This document shows positions 1 through 10,626 of a DNA stretch of 64,000 nucleotides, piece after piece. Below the pieces are notes generated by a model, which was not told the origin of the DNA, did not search any database, and worked only from the letters and a program-made list of their open reading frames with translations. The DNA comes from an uncultured cyanobacterium. Lineage in GTDB: Bacteria > Cyanobacteriota > Cyanobacteriia > PCC-6307 > Cyanobiaceae. The stretch is taken from positions 32,001 to 96,000 of the forward strand of contig CAVONQ010000005.1 of NCBI GenBank assembly GCA_963697335.1, read 5' to 3'. Both the position numbers and the translations under genes were made by a program. Within the stretch, counting starts at the first letter, position 1; every line of letters starts with the position of its first letter.

Positions 1-752
1 GGGCTGAAGGTGGCTGAGAACAGCAGGTTCTGACGCTTCGGGGGCATCAGGGCGATCAGCTTCTGGATGTCGCGGATGAAGCCCATGTCGAGCATGCGGT
101 CGGCCTCATCCAGCACCAGCACCTCCACCCGATCGAGGCGAAGGGCACGCTGCTGCTGCAGATCGAGCAGCCGGCCGGGCGTGGCCACGAGGATGTCGGC
201 GCCGGCCCGCAGGCGGTTGATCTGGGGGTTGACCTTCACACCGCCGAACACCACGTCACTGCGCAGGTCGAGGTAGCGGCCGTAGGCCGCCACGTTTTCG
301 GCCACCTGGGCGGCCAGTTCCCGGGTGGGGGTGAGCACCAGCGCCCTCACCACGGTGCCGCGGGCATGGGGACCATGGCGCAGACGCTCCAGCATCGGCA
401 GGGTGAAGCCCGCCGTCTTGCCGGTGCCCGTCTGGGCGGCCGCCATCACGTCGTGGCCGGCCAGCACGGCGGGGATGCATTGCAACTGGATGGGTGACGG
501 GGTGGTGTACCCCTTCTCCGCCACCGCCTTGAGGATCGGCAACCCGAGCCCCAGATCCGCGAAGCCTGCGGCGGGGCTGCCCTCGCCGCTGGAGAGAGCC
601 GGAGCGGCGTCTGCAGCGGCGGGGGTTGGAGCGCCGGGGCTCTGGGCTTTAGGGGTGGCTGCGGTGCGCGCCCCTGGGGCGGTTTCAGCGGAAGCTGAGC
701 CCCTGCGGGGAATGGGGGCGGCGGGGCGGGAGGAGCGGGTGATGGGGGGCAG
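1..752 (-). CDS. DEAD-box RNA helicase (RhlE-like), truncated by window edge; start codon uncertain
   Basis: Manual translation: [15 protein letters not shown] (Q motif), [28 protein letters not shown]. Frame is closed upstream by TAG at 777-779. Confidence 0.9.
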   Translation of the reverse strand, partial: MPPITRSSRPAAPIPRRGSASAETAPGARTAATPKAQSPGAPTPAAADAAPALSSGEGSPAAGFADLGLGLPILKAVAEKGYTTPSPIQLQCIPAVLAGHDVMAAAQTGTGKTAGFTLPMLERLRHGPHARGTVVRALVLTPTRELAAQVAENVAAYGRYLDLRSDVVFGGVKVNPQINRLRAGADILVATPGRLLDLQQQRALRLDRVEVLVLDEADRMLDMGFIRDIQKLIALMPPKRQNLLFSATFS

Positions 753-811
753 TTGGAGTACTTGCAGACCTTCACCCTACGGGCGGTGCGGACCGGTGAG
801 TGCGGACCCCC

Positions 812-1162
812 TCAGCGGTGTGGCTCGAAGTGGGCGCAGCGCTCACAGGGCCCCTCCGGCAGCACTGCGCAGCGCAGCAGGGGGCTGCGGGCGTTGAAGC
901 GGCAGTGGGGATCGCCGATCACCCAGCCGTGGCCCCAGGGCCTGGCGTCGGCCGGCTGGGCCTCCAGCTTCACCTGCAGGGCCACGCTGCCGAGCCCGTA
1001 GCGGCCATTGCTGAGGCGGTAGCGATGGCGGCGCTGCAGCACCAGAACGCTCTGATCCCCCAGGTTCAGCCAGCGGCCCGGCTGGGGAATCTGACCCTGG
1101 TGCTCCACCTCGAAGGTGTCGAGCAGTCGGTCGCTGCCGATCAGCCGCACCTCCACCTGCAT
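812..1162 (-). CDS. Conserved cyanobacterial protein, DUF6464-like
   Basis: VLQRRHRYRL and IGDPxCRFNARSxLLRCAVxPxGPCxxC motifs. Confidence 0.75.
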   Translation of the reverse strand: MQVEVRLIGSDRLLDTFEVEHQGQIPQPGRWLNLGDQSVLVLQRRHRYRLSNGRYGLGSVALQVKLEAQPADARPWGHGWVIGDPHCRFNARSPLLRCAVLPEGPCERCAHFEPHR

Positions 1163-1165
1163 GGT

Positions 1166-1981
1166 TCAGCTCAGGGGAGCCGCCGGCTCCACCACCGGCA
1201 GCCCATCATCAGCGGCGGGTTCCGGCGCTGGGCTCTGGCGCGCGGAGAAGCCCCACACGAACAGGGCGGCCACGAGAGACAGCAGGGCCCACTCCGGCAG
1301 CTCCAGCTGAGGGCTGACGAGGCGCAGCAGCAGGCGCAGGCCCACCAGGCCCACCGCCAGGTAGCCGGCGGTTTCCAGGTGGCGGAACACCTCGAGCCAG
1401 CGGATGAACAGCTCGGCGGTGAGCCGCAGGGCAATCACCCCGATCACGCCACCGGCGATCACCAGGGGGAGGCGATCGGTCACCGCCACGGCGGCCGCCA
1501 CGCTGTCCACCGAAAAGGCCAGGTCCGTCACCGCCAGGGTGGCCACCACGCTGGCCATGCTGGCGGTGAGGGCTCCAGTCCCTGGCGGGGCGGGGGCCAG
1601 GGGTCCGGCGCCAGGGGCCTCCGCTGCCGCCAGGTTCTGGCCCGGCGGGGCGGCGGCGGCCAGGCTGGCCAGGTGGCGGCCACACAGCCACAGCAGGTAG
1701 CTCGACGCCGCCAGCTGGAGGGGCCAGAAATCCAGCACCCAGCGGGCGGCCAGGATCAGACCCACCCGAAACACCAGGGCCAGCAACAGGCCCAGGTTGA
1801 GGGCCGTCTCCTGGCGGGAACGGTCATGCAGACGGCGCGAGATAGCCGCAAGGGCTATGGCGTTGTCGGCGGACAGCACCGCCTCCAGCGCCACGAGCAG
1901 GGGCAGGACGAGCAGGATTTCATGCCAGCGGTCGACCTCCTCCAGCAGGGGGGTCAGAGATTGAATCGACTCGGCTTCCAT
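1166..1981 (-). CDS. TerC family membrane protein
   Basis: LEAVLSADNAIALA and DLAFSVDSVAAAVA motifs, multiple TM segments; ATG at 1981. Confidence 0.9.
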   Translation of the reverse strand: MEAESIQSLTPLLEEVDRWHEILLVLPLLVALEAVLSADNAIALAAISRRLHDRSRQETALNLGLLLALVFRVGLILAARWVLDFWPLQLAASSYLLWLCGRHLASLAAAAPPGQNLAAAEAPGAGPLAPAPPGTGALTASMASVVATLAVTDLAFSVDSVAAAVAVTDRLPLVIAGGVIGVIALRLTAELFIRWLEVFRHLETAGYLAVGLVGLRLLLRLVSPQLELPEWALLSLVAALFVWGFSARQSPAPEPAADDGLPVVEPAAPLS

Positions 1982-2035
1982 CAGACCCTGCAAGCAGTCC
2001 ACTCTAGGAAGACCCGTCCCTGAGCCGAACGTCCG

Positions 2036-2785
2036 ATGCAGCTCCAGGTCCGCCTTGTCCACGCCGAGCCCGGGCACCGGGTGGTGGAGGTCACGGCCTA
2101 TCGGCAGGGGGAAACCCTGGGGAGTGCCCTGGGGGAGGCCGGGACGGCCGAGGAGGCCGAAGACAGGGCCCGCGCCCGCCTGGCGAAGCAGCTGGCGCCC
2201 GCCATCCCCGCGGCTGTGGCGGTGCCCATCGCCAAGGCTGGGCAATCCGCTACGCCTGACCCGGTTCCACCAGCCGCTCCCGTGCCGGCAGCAGCACCGG
2301 CCCCAACGCCGCCCCCCGCCGCTGGAGCGGCCGGCCGGCCCCAGGAACCTGAGCCCGACCCCGAGGACTGGAGCAGCGAACTCGCCCAGATCGATCTTCA
2401 GCTGGGCCGGCTGGCCTGGCAGCGCGAGCAGGAGGGCGTCTACCTGGAGCGGGCCTTCGGCCATCCCAGCCGCAGCAGGCTCACCTCCTACGCCGACCTG
2501 CAGAGCTACCTGCAGGCCCTCACTGCCCTGCCGGCAGGCAGTGATCCCACCAGCGCCCCGGTGCCCCTGCGCCGCCGCGACCTGCTGGCCCAGTGCGATC
2601 TGCTGCTGGGTCAGCTGGGCTGGGACGCCCAGCAGGGCCGCCACTGCCTCGATCAGCTCTTTGGCCTGAGCAGCCGCCAGCACCTCAACGACACCCAGTT
2701 GCTGGAGTTCAACATGCAGTTGGAGGAAAAGCTGCTGGCCGCCACCCCCTCAGCTGCCGCCGGCCAGGCTTCCCCCGCCGCCTGA
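2036..2785 (+). CDS. Conserved hypothetical cyanobacterial protein
   Basis: 249-aa ORF, GC3-biased, TAEEAEDRA motif and two repeated LGW-containing helical domains. Confidence 0.75.
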   Translation: MQLQVRLVHAEPGHRVVEVTAYRQGETLGSALGEAGTAEEAEDRARARLAKQLAPAIPAAVAVPIAKAGQSATPDPVPPAAPVPAAAPAPTPPPAAGAAGRPQEPEPDPEDWSSELAQIDLQLGRLAWQREQEGVYLERAFGHPSRSRLTSYADLQSYLQALTALPAGSDPTSAPVPLRRRDLLAQCDLLLGQLGWDAQQGRHCLDQLFGLSSRQHLNDTQLLEFNMQLEEKLLAATPSAAAGQASPAA

Positions 2786-3730
2786 AGCCGGGGCCGCCAG
2801 CCGGCAGTGCTGCCGCACCAGCCACGGCCCGAGATCCAGCTGTCGCTGGTTGGCATAGGCCTCCTTCTCCAGCTCCTTCATCTGCGGAGACGCCCTCAGG
2901 TACACCGCATCGCCGAGCACCGCGTCGAGATGGGGCGGGAGATCGCGGCTCAGGCCCAGCAGACCCGGCATCGCGCGCACGCCGCCATTGCTGCAGCTCT
3001 GGGCCACGTGGATGGCTTCGTGGTTGAGCACCTGGGCAAATTCGGTGCTGCCGCTGGTGATCACCCGGGGCTTGATTCGCAGGGTGCGGACCTGGGGGTC
3101 CCATTCAGCCGCCGCCCCGGACTTGCGGGGCGGCGCCAGCTCAATCAGCACGCCCGCCTGGATCAGCACCTCGATCAGATCCCTGATGGCGGCCTGCTCG
3201 GCGTCGAAGCTGGGGGGGTTGGCCATCTTGTGGCGGATCTCAGCCAGGGAGAGCGGGGGCTCCCCGGCCCGGCGCTGGTAGTGGTAGCGGGTGCTGCCGT
3301 CCGGGAACCGCTCAGCCCTGGGAATCCAGGCGGCATCGGCCGCTCTGAGCTGCTGCAGCAACACCTCCTGGTCGATGTTCTCGAGGCCGCCGGGCTGGGG
3401 TGCCAGGGCCAGGGCGTCCCACAACGGCTGCAGCGGCGGCGCCCCCGAGACGCTCTCGACGCTCTGGGGATCCGCGGCCAGCTGGGTGGTCGGCACGGCA
3501 ACCGACTCCCGCAGCCGCCAGCGATTCGGCAACAGCGTCAGCCCCACCCCCAGGGACAGCAGCAGGCCGGCGATCACCGCCAGAGGTGCCACCCTGGGGA
3601 CCGCCATGGCCCCCCTTGGCGGCAGCCGCCGCAGGGGATCGCCGCAGCGGCCGCAGACCCAGACACCATCGGGCTGACGCCGCGCGGTCAGGGGCCTGGG
3701 ATGACAGGAGGGGCAGAGGAAGGGCGCCAC
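2750..3730 (-). CDS. Hypothetical membrane-anchored protein with N-terminal CxxC..CxxC and C-terminal HExxH motif
   Basis: CPSC..CGRC, TM helix VAPLAVIAGLLLSLGVGLTLL, VLNHEAIHVAQ and downstream LEKEAY; GTG start at 3730 inferred. Confidence 0.7.
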   Translation of the reverse strand: MAPFLCPSCHPRPLTARRQPDGVWVCGRCGDPLRRLPPRGAMAVPRVAPLAVIAGLLLSLGVGLTLLPNRWRLRESVAVPTTQLAADPQSVESVSGAPPLQPLWDALALAPQPGGLENIDQEVLLQQLRAADAAWIPRAERFPDGSTRYHYQRRAGEPPLSLAEIRHKMANPPSFDAEQAAIRDLIEVLIQAGVLIELAPPRKSGAAAEWDPQVRTLRIKPRVITSGSTEFAQVLNHEAIHVAQSCSNGGVRAMPGLLGLSRDLPPHLDAVLGDAVYLRASPQMKELEKEAYANQRQLDLGPWLVRQHCRLAAPASGGGGSLAGGS

Positions 3731-3803
3731 GCGTGCATTCTGTCGCCGCCGCCGCGGGGTGCCGGTTGGCAAGATCGGTGGCTGCCTCTGCCAGCGCGTT
3801 GCC

Positions 3804-6800
3804 ATGCCCCTCTCCGCCCTGGTGCGCCAGCTGCAGCAGGCATCGCTCACCAGCGAGCTGCTGGAACGCAGTCGGCGCAGCACCAGGCTGCGGTTGAGCG
3901 GCGCCGGCCGGGCCGCCCGGGCCCTGATCAGCAGTGCCCTGGCCGGGGTGGCAGAGGCACCGCTGCTGGTGGTGGTGCCCACCCTGGAGGAGGCTGGTCG
4001 CTGGGCGGCCCTGCTGGAGCTGATGGGCTGGCGCAGCAGCCAGCTCTACCCCACCAGCGAGGGCAGCCCCTACGAGGGCTTCGACCCCACCAGCGAGATC
4101 ACCTGGGGCCAGCTGCAGGTGCTCAGCGAGCTGCTCGATCGGGAATCGAGCGCAGCCGATCGGCGCCGCCTGGCGATCGTGGCCACCGAGCGGGCGCTGC
4201 AGCCCCACCTGCCACCCCCAGCCGCCCTCGAGGCCCGCTGCATCAGCCTGCGCAAGGGCCAGACCATCCCCCTCGACCAGCTCGCCGCCACCCTGGCCCA
4301 GCTCGGCTACGAACGGGTGCCCACGATCGAGCAGGAGGGCACCTGGAGCCGCCGGGGCGACATCGTGGATGTGTTCCCGGTGAGTGCCGAGCTGCCGGTG
4401 CGGCTGGAGTTCTTCGGCGAGGAGCTGGACAAGCTCAGGGAGTTCGATCCCACCAGCCAGCGCTCCCTCGACACCACCGAGGTGGCGCGCCTCACCCCCA
4501 CCGGCTACACGCCGCTGATCGCCGAGGCCCTGCGGGAGTCGATGCCGGGCGAGCTGGACCAGCTGCTCGCGCCTGAGGCCCTGGAGCAGCTGCTGGAGGG
4601 CGGCACCCCGCCGGGGCTGCGGCGATTGCTGGGCCTGGCCTGGCAGCAGCCGGCCTCCCTGCTCGACTACCTGCCCGAAGGCACCCTGATCGCGGTGGAC
4701 GAGCGGCGCCAGGGCCTGGCCCATGGCCAGCAGTGGTTCGAGCACGCCGAGGCCCATCACGCCGAGGTGGAGCTGGAGCTGGGCGGGCCGCTCCCGGCCG
4801 TGCTGCACCGGCGGCCCGAGCAGGCCCTGGCGGAAGCCGAGGCCTTCGCCGGCTTCGATCTGGCGGAGCTGCACGAGAGCGATGGGTATGCCAACAGCTT
4901 CGATCTGGCCTCCCGCTCGGTGCCGGCCCACCCCAACGCCTTCGGCAAGCTGGCGTCGCTGATCAAGGGGTTCCAGCAGGACCGCGCCCGGGTGTGGCTG
5001 CTCTCGGCCCAGCCCTCGCGGGCCGTGGCGCTGCTGGAAGAGCACGACTGCATCACCCGCTTCGTGCCCAACCCTGGCGACCAGCCGGCGATTGATCGCC
5101 TGATCGAGCAGAACACGCCCGTGGCGCTCAAGCTTCGCGGCACCGCCGAGCTGGAGGGTCTGCAGCTGCCCGCCTGGAAGCTGGTGCTGATCAGCGACCG
5201 GGAGTTCTTCGGCCAGCACGCCCTGGCCGCCACCGGCTACGTGCGCCGCCGCCGCAAGGCGGCCAGCCGCACGGTGGACCCCGGCAAGATGCAGCCAGGC
5301 GACTTTGTGGTGCACCGCAACCACGGCATCGGCCGGTTTCTGCGGCTGGAGAAGCTGGCAATCGGCGGCGAGGAGCGCGACTACCTCGCCGTGCAGTACG
5401 CCGATGGGCTGCTGCGGGTGGCCGCCGACCAGCTGGGCAGCCTGGGCCGCTACCGCGCCACCAGCGAGAGCCCGCCGGATCTCAACCGCATGGGCGGCAC
5501 GGCCTGGACCAAGGCCAAGGAGCGGGCCCGCAAGGCCGTGCGCAAGGTGGCCCTCGATCTGGTCAAGCTCTACGCCGAGCGCCACAAGGCAGCGGGCTTC
5601 GCCTTCCCCGAGGACGGCCCCTGGCAGGGCGAACTGGAGGACTCCTTCCCCTACGACCCCACCCCGGATCAGGTGAAGGCGATCGCCGATGTGAAGCGCG
5701 ACATGGAGAAGCCCGAGCCCATGGATCGGCTGGTGTGCGGCGATGTGGGCTTCGGTAAGACGGAGGTGGCGATCCGGGCGATCTTCAAGGCCGTCACCGC
5801 CGGCCGCCAGGTGGCGATGCTCGCGCCCACCACCGTGCTGGCGCAGCAGCACTGGCGTTCCCTGAGCGAGCGCTTCGCGCCCTACCCGATGAAGGTGAGC
5901 CTGCTCAATCGCTTCCGCACCAGCGCCGAGCGCAAGGTGATCCAGGAGGGTCTGGCCGCCGGCACGGTGGATGTGGTGGTGGGCACCCACCAGCTGCTGG
6001 GCAAGAGCACCACCTTCAAGCAACTCGGGCTGCTGGTGGTGGATGAGGAGCAGCGCTTCGGGGTGAACCAGAAGGAAAAGATCAAGGCCCTGCGCAAGGA
6101 CGTGGACGTGCTCACCCTCAGCGCCACGCCGATTCCGCGCACCCTCTACATGAGCCTCTCCGGGGTGCGCGAGATGAGCCTGATCACCACGCCACCGCCG
6201 CTGCGGCGGCCGATCAAGACCCACCTGGCCGGCCTCGATGAGGAGGCGGTGCGCAGTGCCATCCGCCAGGAGCTCGACCGGGGCGGCCAGATCTTCTATG
6301 TGGTGCCCCGGGTGGAGGGCATCGAGGAGGTGGCCGAGGGGCTGCGGCAGATGATCCCAGGCCTGCGGCTGCTGGTGGCCCACGGCCAGATGGCCGAGGG
6401 CGAACTGGAGAGCGCCATGGTGGCCTTCAACGCCGGCGAAGCCGATCTGATGCTCTGCACCACGATCGTGGAGAGCGGCCTCGACATTCCCCGGGTGAAC
6501 ACGATCCTGATCGAGGACGCCCACAAGTTCGGCCTGGCCCAGCTCTACCAGCTGCGCGGCCGGGTGGGCCGCAGCGGCATCCAGGCCCATGCCTGGCTGT
6601 TCTATCCAGGCGATGCCTCCCTGAGCGAAGCGGCACGCCAACGGCTGCGGGCCATCCAGGAGTTCGCCCAGCTGGGCAGCGGTTACCAGCTGGCCATGCG
6701 CGACATGGAGATCCGCGGTGTGGGCAACCTGCTGGGGGTGGAGCAGAGCGGCCAGATGGAGCTGATCGGCTTCGACCTCTACATGGAGATGCTGCAGGAG

Positions 6801-7373
6801 TCACTGGCGGAGATCCAGGGGCAGGACATCCCGGCCGTGGACGACACCCAGATCGACCTGCCGATCACCGCCTTCATCCCCGGCGACTGGATCACCGAAA
6901 ACGACGAGAAGATCGGCGCCTACCGCGCAGCCGCCGGCTGCGACAGCAAGGAGGCCCTGGTGGAGCTGGCCGCCGGCTGGGTGGACCGCTACGGCGCCAT
7001 TCCCGCGCCGGTGAGCGCCCTGCTGCAACTGATGGAGCTGAAGCTGCTGGCCAAACGCTGCGGCTTCTCGCGCATCAAACCCGAAAAACCCAACATCGCC
7101 CTGGAAACCCCCATGGAGGAACCTGCCTTCCGGCTGCTGCGCCAGGGCCTGCCCCAGCACCTGCATGGACGGCTGGTGTACCAGGCCGGCAGCGGCAGCA
7201 CCGCCAAGGTGCTGGCCCGGGGGCTGGGGGTGCTGCCGATGGAACGGCAGCTGGAGGAGCTGATGGGCTGGCTCAACCAGATGGCCGCCCAGATCCCCGG
7301 CGCCGATGGCCTCAACGAAACCCAGCGGGCGCAACAGGCCGCGGCGAGGAACGAGGCGGTGCTGGCGGTGTGA
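3804..7373 (+). CDS. mfd: Transcription-repair coupling factor
   Basis: UvrB-homology region RGDIVDVFP, CarD-like VVHRNHGIG, GDVGFGKT, DEEQRFG, QLRGRVGR, C-terminal TRCF domain. Confidence 0.98.
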   Translation: MPLSALVRQLQQASLTSELLERSRRSTRLRLSGAGRAARALISSALAGVAEAPLLVVVPTLEEAGRWAALLELMGWRSSQLYPTSEGSPYEGFDPTSEITWGQLQVLSELLDRESSAADRRRLAIVATERALQPHLPPPAALEARCISLRKGQTIPLDQLAATLAQLGYERVPTIEQEGTWSRRGDIVDVFPVSAELPVRLEFFGEELDKLREFDPTSQRSLDTTEVARLTPTGYTPLIAEALRESMPGELDQLLAPEALEQLLEGGTPPGLRRLLGLAWQQPASLLDYLPEGTLIAVDERRQGLAHGQQWFEHAEAHHAEVELELGGPLPAVLHRRPEQALAEAEAFAGFDLAELHESDGYANSFDLASRSVPAHPNAFGKLASLIKGFQQDRARVWLLSAQPSRAVALLEEHDCITRFVPNPGDQPAIDRLIEQNTPVALKLRGTAELEGLQLPAWKLVLISDREFFGQHALAATGYVRRRRKAASRTVDPGKMQPGDFVVHRNHGIGRFLRLEKLAIGGEERDYLAVQYADGLLRVAADQLGSLGRYRATSESPPDLNRMGGTAWTKAKERARKAVRKVALDLVKLYAERHKAAGFAFPEDGPWQGELEDSFPYDPTPDQVKAIADVKRDMEKPEPMDRLVCGDVGFGKTEVAIRAIFKAVTAGRQVAMLAPTTVLAQQHWRSLSERFAPYPMKVSLLNRFRTSAERKVIQEGLAAGTVDVVVGTHQLLGKSTTFKQLGLLVVDEEQRFGVNQKEKIKALRKDVDVLTLSATPIPRTLYMSLSGVREMSLITTPPPLRRPIKTHLAGLDEEAVRSAIRQELDRGGQIFYVVPRVEGIEEVAEGLRQMIPGLRLLVAHGQMAEGELESAMVAFNAGEADLMLCTTIVESGLDIPRVNTILIEDAHKFGLAQLYQLRGRVGRSGIQAHAWLFYPGDASLSEAARQRLRAIQEFAQLGSGYQLAMRDMEIRGVGNLLGVEQSGQMELIGFDLYMEMLQESLAEIQGQDIPAVDDTQIDLPITAFIPGDWITENDEKIGAYRAAAGCDSKEALVELAAGWVDRYGAIPAPVSALLQLMELKLLAKRCGFSRIKPEKPNIALETPMEEPAFRLLRQGLPQHLHGRLVYQAGSGSTAKVLARGLGVLPMERQLEELMGWLNQMAAQIPGADGLNETQRAQQAAARNEAVLAV

Positions 7374-7442
7374 GCGGTCTCCTCAGCCGCACCGCCTCAT
7401 CTCCGCAAAACTTCGTTACACTGCTTGAAAAGGCAGGGTCCC

Positions 7443-7619
7443 ATGGGTGAGTTCGTCGGTTCGGCAGGCGCACTGGGTGTTCAGAGCGGCATGACCATCG
7501 TTTCAGGCGTGGTGAGCCTTCTGGCCCTCGGTCTCTATGCCCTGTTCAGCGGCTCAAACGAAAACAACGACGATGACGACTCCAGCCCCGGTGGCGGCTT
7601 GATGCAGCCGGTGTCCTGA
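7443..7619 (+). CDS. Small single-TM protein with acidic DDDD-GGGLMQPV tail
   Basis: 58-aa ORF, hydrophobic helix then NDDDDSSPGGGLMQPVS; TACACT -10-like element at 7417-7422. Confidence 0.7.
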   Translation: MGEFVGSAGALGVQSGMTIVSGVVSLLALGLYALFSGSNENNDDDDSSPGGGLMQPVS

Positions 7620-7649
7620 GCCGGCCAGTCTCCTGATCCCCCAACTCCC

Positions 7650-7889
7650 TCAGCTGGGGTCGTCCGCCTGCTGCGCGTAGGCCGAGGGCACCACCACCAG
7701 AAACAGCCACCACCAAACGGCCACGGCTGCCCCAAGTGGTGCGCTGATCCACCAGAGCCGTGGCCACCACCAGCTCATGCCCACCACAGCCACCCCCGTG
7801 AGGAGGATGCTCCAAGGCTGGCACCACCAGGGCTTTGAAGACCAGATGTTGAGTGTTGGCCGGCTGGCTGGGGGCTCGTCGTCGGTCAA
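7650..7889 (-). CDS. Small Trp-rich membrane protein, DUF6737-like
   Basis: WxxKPWWCQPWSILLTG motif; TTG start overlaps ctp stop. Confidence 0.8.
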   Translation of the reverse strand: MTDDEPPASRPTLNIWSSKPWWCQPWSILLTGVAVVGMSWWWPRLWWISAPLGAAVAVWWWLFLVVVPSAYAQQADDPS

Positions 7890-9227
7890 GGCTTGGATTT
7901 CGCTTCCAGGGCCGCCGGCACATTGGCGCTGCCCGGCTTATAGGTGTTGCCCACGGCGTTGGCGTTCTGCAGTTTCTTGCGCAGGGTGGTTTCGGCCACG
8001 CGGTACTGGGTGTCCCTGTTGGTGCCGAGGTCCTCGAGCTTGAGGCGCTGGGCCTCCTGCTCGGTCATCTTCGCCTGCACATCCGGATCGATGCCGTACT
8101 TGTGGATGTCGCGGCCCTCGGGAGTCAGGTACTTGGCGATGGTCACGGTCATGCCGGAGCCATCCGAGAGCCCCCGCACCGACTGCACCAGCCCCTTGCC
8201 AAAGGTCTTCTGACCCACCAGCACGGCCCGGTTGTTGTCCTGCAGGGCGCCGGAGAGAATCTCGCTGGCGCTGGCCGAACCCTCGTTCACCAGCACCACC
8301 AGGGGCTTGTCGGTGAGGGCGCGGCCTGTGGCCCGCTGGATGTCGGTGATGCCGTTGCGGGTCTTGGTGGACACGATCGTGCCCTCGTTGAGCCACTGAC
8401 GGGCGATCTCCACGCTGGCTCCCGAGCAGGCCACCGGGGTTGCTGCGCAGGTCCAGCACGTAACCCTGCACGCCCTGGGCCTCCATCTCCCGCAGGGCCA
8501 CCCGCATGTCCTTGGTGGCGTTGGCGTTGAACTGCTTCAGGCGGATGTAGCCCACCTTGACCCCATCGGGGGTGACATTGATCTGGCTGTCCACCGCGTG
8601 CAGCTCGATCCGGTCGCGCTCCAGGGGCACATTCAGCACCTGGGCGTTACGCCGCAGGGTGAGGGTCACGGTGGTGCCGGCCTGGCCGCGGATCAGCTTC
8701 ACCGCGTCCTCGGTGCTCATCCCCTTGGTGCTGGACCCGTCGATGGCCGTGATCACATCCTTGGGCATCACCCCGGCCCTGGAGGCGGGCGATCCCTCGA
8801 TCGGGGCCACCACCACCAGCTCCTTGGTGTCCTTGTCGAGGCTCAGCTGGATGCCCACCCCGGAGAGCTCCCCGGAGGTGTCGATCTGCATCTCCTTGAA
8901 CTCCCTCGGATCGAGGAAACGGGTGTAGGGGTCATCGAGGGTGGCGAGCATGCCCCGGATCGCCTCGTAGGCATCCTTGGGGGTGCCGTAGCTCTTGGCC
9001 AGCACATTGCTGCGCAGGTCGCGCCACTGCTGCGGTGTGTATTTGCCGTTGACGTCGAGGTAATCGCGGAAGACGATCTGCCAGGTCTGGTCGATCACCT
9101 CCTTGGGACTGTCGGAGATGCGGCCCACTCCGCCGGGCGAGGTCACCGCCTCGCGGGCCATCACGGCGGTGGCAGCGCAGGCGCTGACACCCACCAGCAC
9201 GATCAGACTGGTGCGGCTGCGACCCAT
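7886..9227 (-). CDS. Carboxyl-terminal processing protease (S41 family, PDZ); one extra base near 8421-8423
   Basis: DPYTRFL, GVGIQL PDZ, DLRSNPGGLL in one frame; SASASEIL and TFGKG in the next; total length 3n+1. Confidence 0.92.
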
Positions 9228-9334
9228 CGGAGCAGACCTGGAAGGCCAGGGAAACGTGCTATCAAGCTAGCGCCGCATTAGGGAGAGCCCATGGAGGGGC
9301 GACCGGTCTGGAAAGGGAACCCTGATGGCGGCGT

Positions 9335-10582
9335 TCAGGGATCCACCCAGCGGCCGTCCTCCTTGATCAGGGCGATCAGGGCCTCCACCCCCTCGGCCTC
9401 CGGCACCCGGCGGATCTCGTCGCGGCCGCGGTAGAGGGAGATGGTGCCCGGCGTCTTGCCCACGTAGCCGTAGTCGGCGTCAGCCATCTCGCCTGGGCCG
9501 TTGACGATGCAGCCCATCACGGCGATGTCGAGGCCGGTGAGGTGGGCGGTGGCGTTGCGCACCACATGCAGCACCTCCTCCAGGTTGAACAGGGTGCGGC
9601 CGCAGCTGGGGCAGGCCACGTACTCCACCATCGTTTTCCGCAGGCCCAGGGCCTGCAGAATCGAATAGCAGACAGGGATCTCCTTCTCCGGCGCCTCGGT
9701 GAGCGACACCCGGATCGTGTCGCCCAGGCCCTCCGCCAGCAGGGTGGCGATGCCGGCGGTGCTCTTGATGCGGCCGTAGTCGCCGTCGCCAGCCTCGGTG
9801 ACGCCCAGGTGCAGGGGGTAGTGGAACCCCTCGGCGTCCATCCTGTCGGCCATCATCCGGTAGGCGGCCAGCATCACCGGCGCCCGCGACGCCTTCATCG
9901 ACACCACGATGTTGTGGAAATCGAGGCGGTCGCAGATGTGGATGAACTCCATGGCGCTCTCCACCATGCCCAGGGGCGTGTCGCCATAGGTGAACAGCAT
10001 CCGCTCGGCCAGGGAGCCGTGGTTCACGCCGATGCGCAGGCCCTTGTCCTGCTCCTTGAGCAGGCTCACCAGCGGTTCGAGCGTGGCCTGGATCCGCTGG
10101 CCGATCGCCGCCACCTCTTCAGGCGTGAATTCGGTGCGGTTGGGATCGGGCTTGTCGAACACATACAGGCCCGGATTGATGCGCACCTTGTCGACGTGCT
10201 GGGCCACCTCCAGGGCGATCTTCATGCCGTTGTGATGCACATCGGCCACCAGCGGCACCGGCTGGTAGGTGTCTTCCAGGCGCTGGCGGATCTCCTTCAC
10301 CGCCTTGGCATGGGCCAGGGAGGGCACGGTGAGCCGCACGATCTCGCAGCCCGCCTCATGCAGGCGGCGGATGCCCGCCGTGGCGCCCGCAATGTCGAGG
10401 GTGTCCTCATTGATCATCGACTGCACCACCACCGGGTGGTCGCTGCCCACCCACACGTCACCCACCCGCACGCTGCGGGTCTTGCGGCGACGGATCAGGG
10501 TGTCGTAGCGGGGGTTGCTGGCCCAGTCGGCCGGCAGGCCCGCCGGGGCGGCGGCGTCAGGGCGAGCCAGAGTACCGGTCAT
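9335..10582 (-). CDS. ispG: (E)-4-hydroxy-3-methylbut-2-enyl-diphosphate synthase
   Basis: [47 protein letters not shown]. Confidence 0.98.
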   Translation of the reverse strand: MTGTLARPDAAAPAGLPADWASNPRYDTLIRRRKTRSVRVGDVWVGSDHPVVVQSMINEDTLDIAGATAGIRRLHEAGCEIVRLTVPSLAHAKAVKEIRQRLEDTYQPVPLVADVHHNGMKIALEVAQHVDKVRINPGLYVFDKPDPNRTEFTPEEVAAIGQRIQATLEPLVSLLKEQDKGLRIGVNHGSLAERMLFTYGDTPLGMVESAMEFIHICDRLDFHNIVVSMKASRAPVMLAAYRMMADRMDAEGFHYPLHLGVTEAGDGDYGRIKSTAGIATLLAEGLGDTIRVSLTEAPEKEIPVCYSILQALGLRKTMVEYVACPSCGRTLFNLEEVLHVVRNATAHLTGLDIAVMGCIVNGPGEMADADYGYVGKTPGTISLYRGRDEIRRVPEAEGVEALIALIKEDGRWVDP

Positions 10583-10626
10583 GGCAGGGGGCCGGAGGGT
10601 GGCCAAAGCCTGTCACAGGAGAGGCC

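Noticed and set aside
3312..6641. Very long antisense ORFs (here, 32963-36025 and 48557-52177)
   Set aside because: Shadow frames of real genes caused by high GC3; no recognisable motifs.
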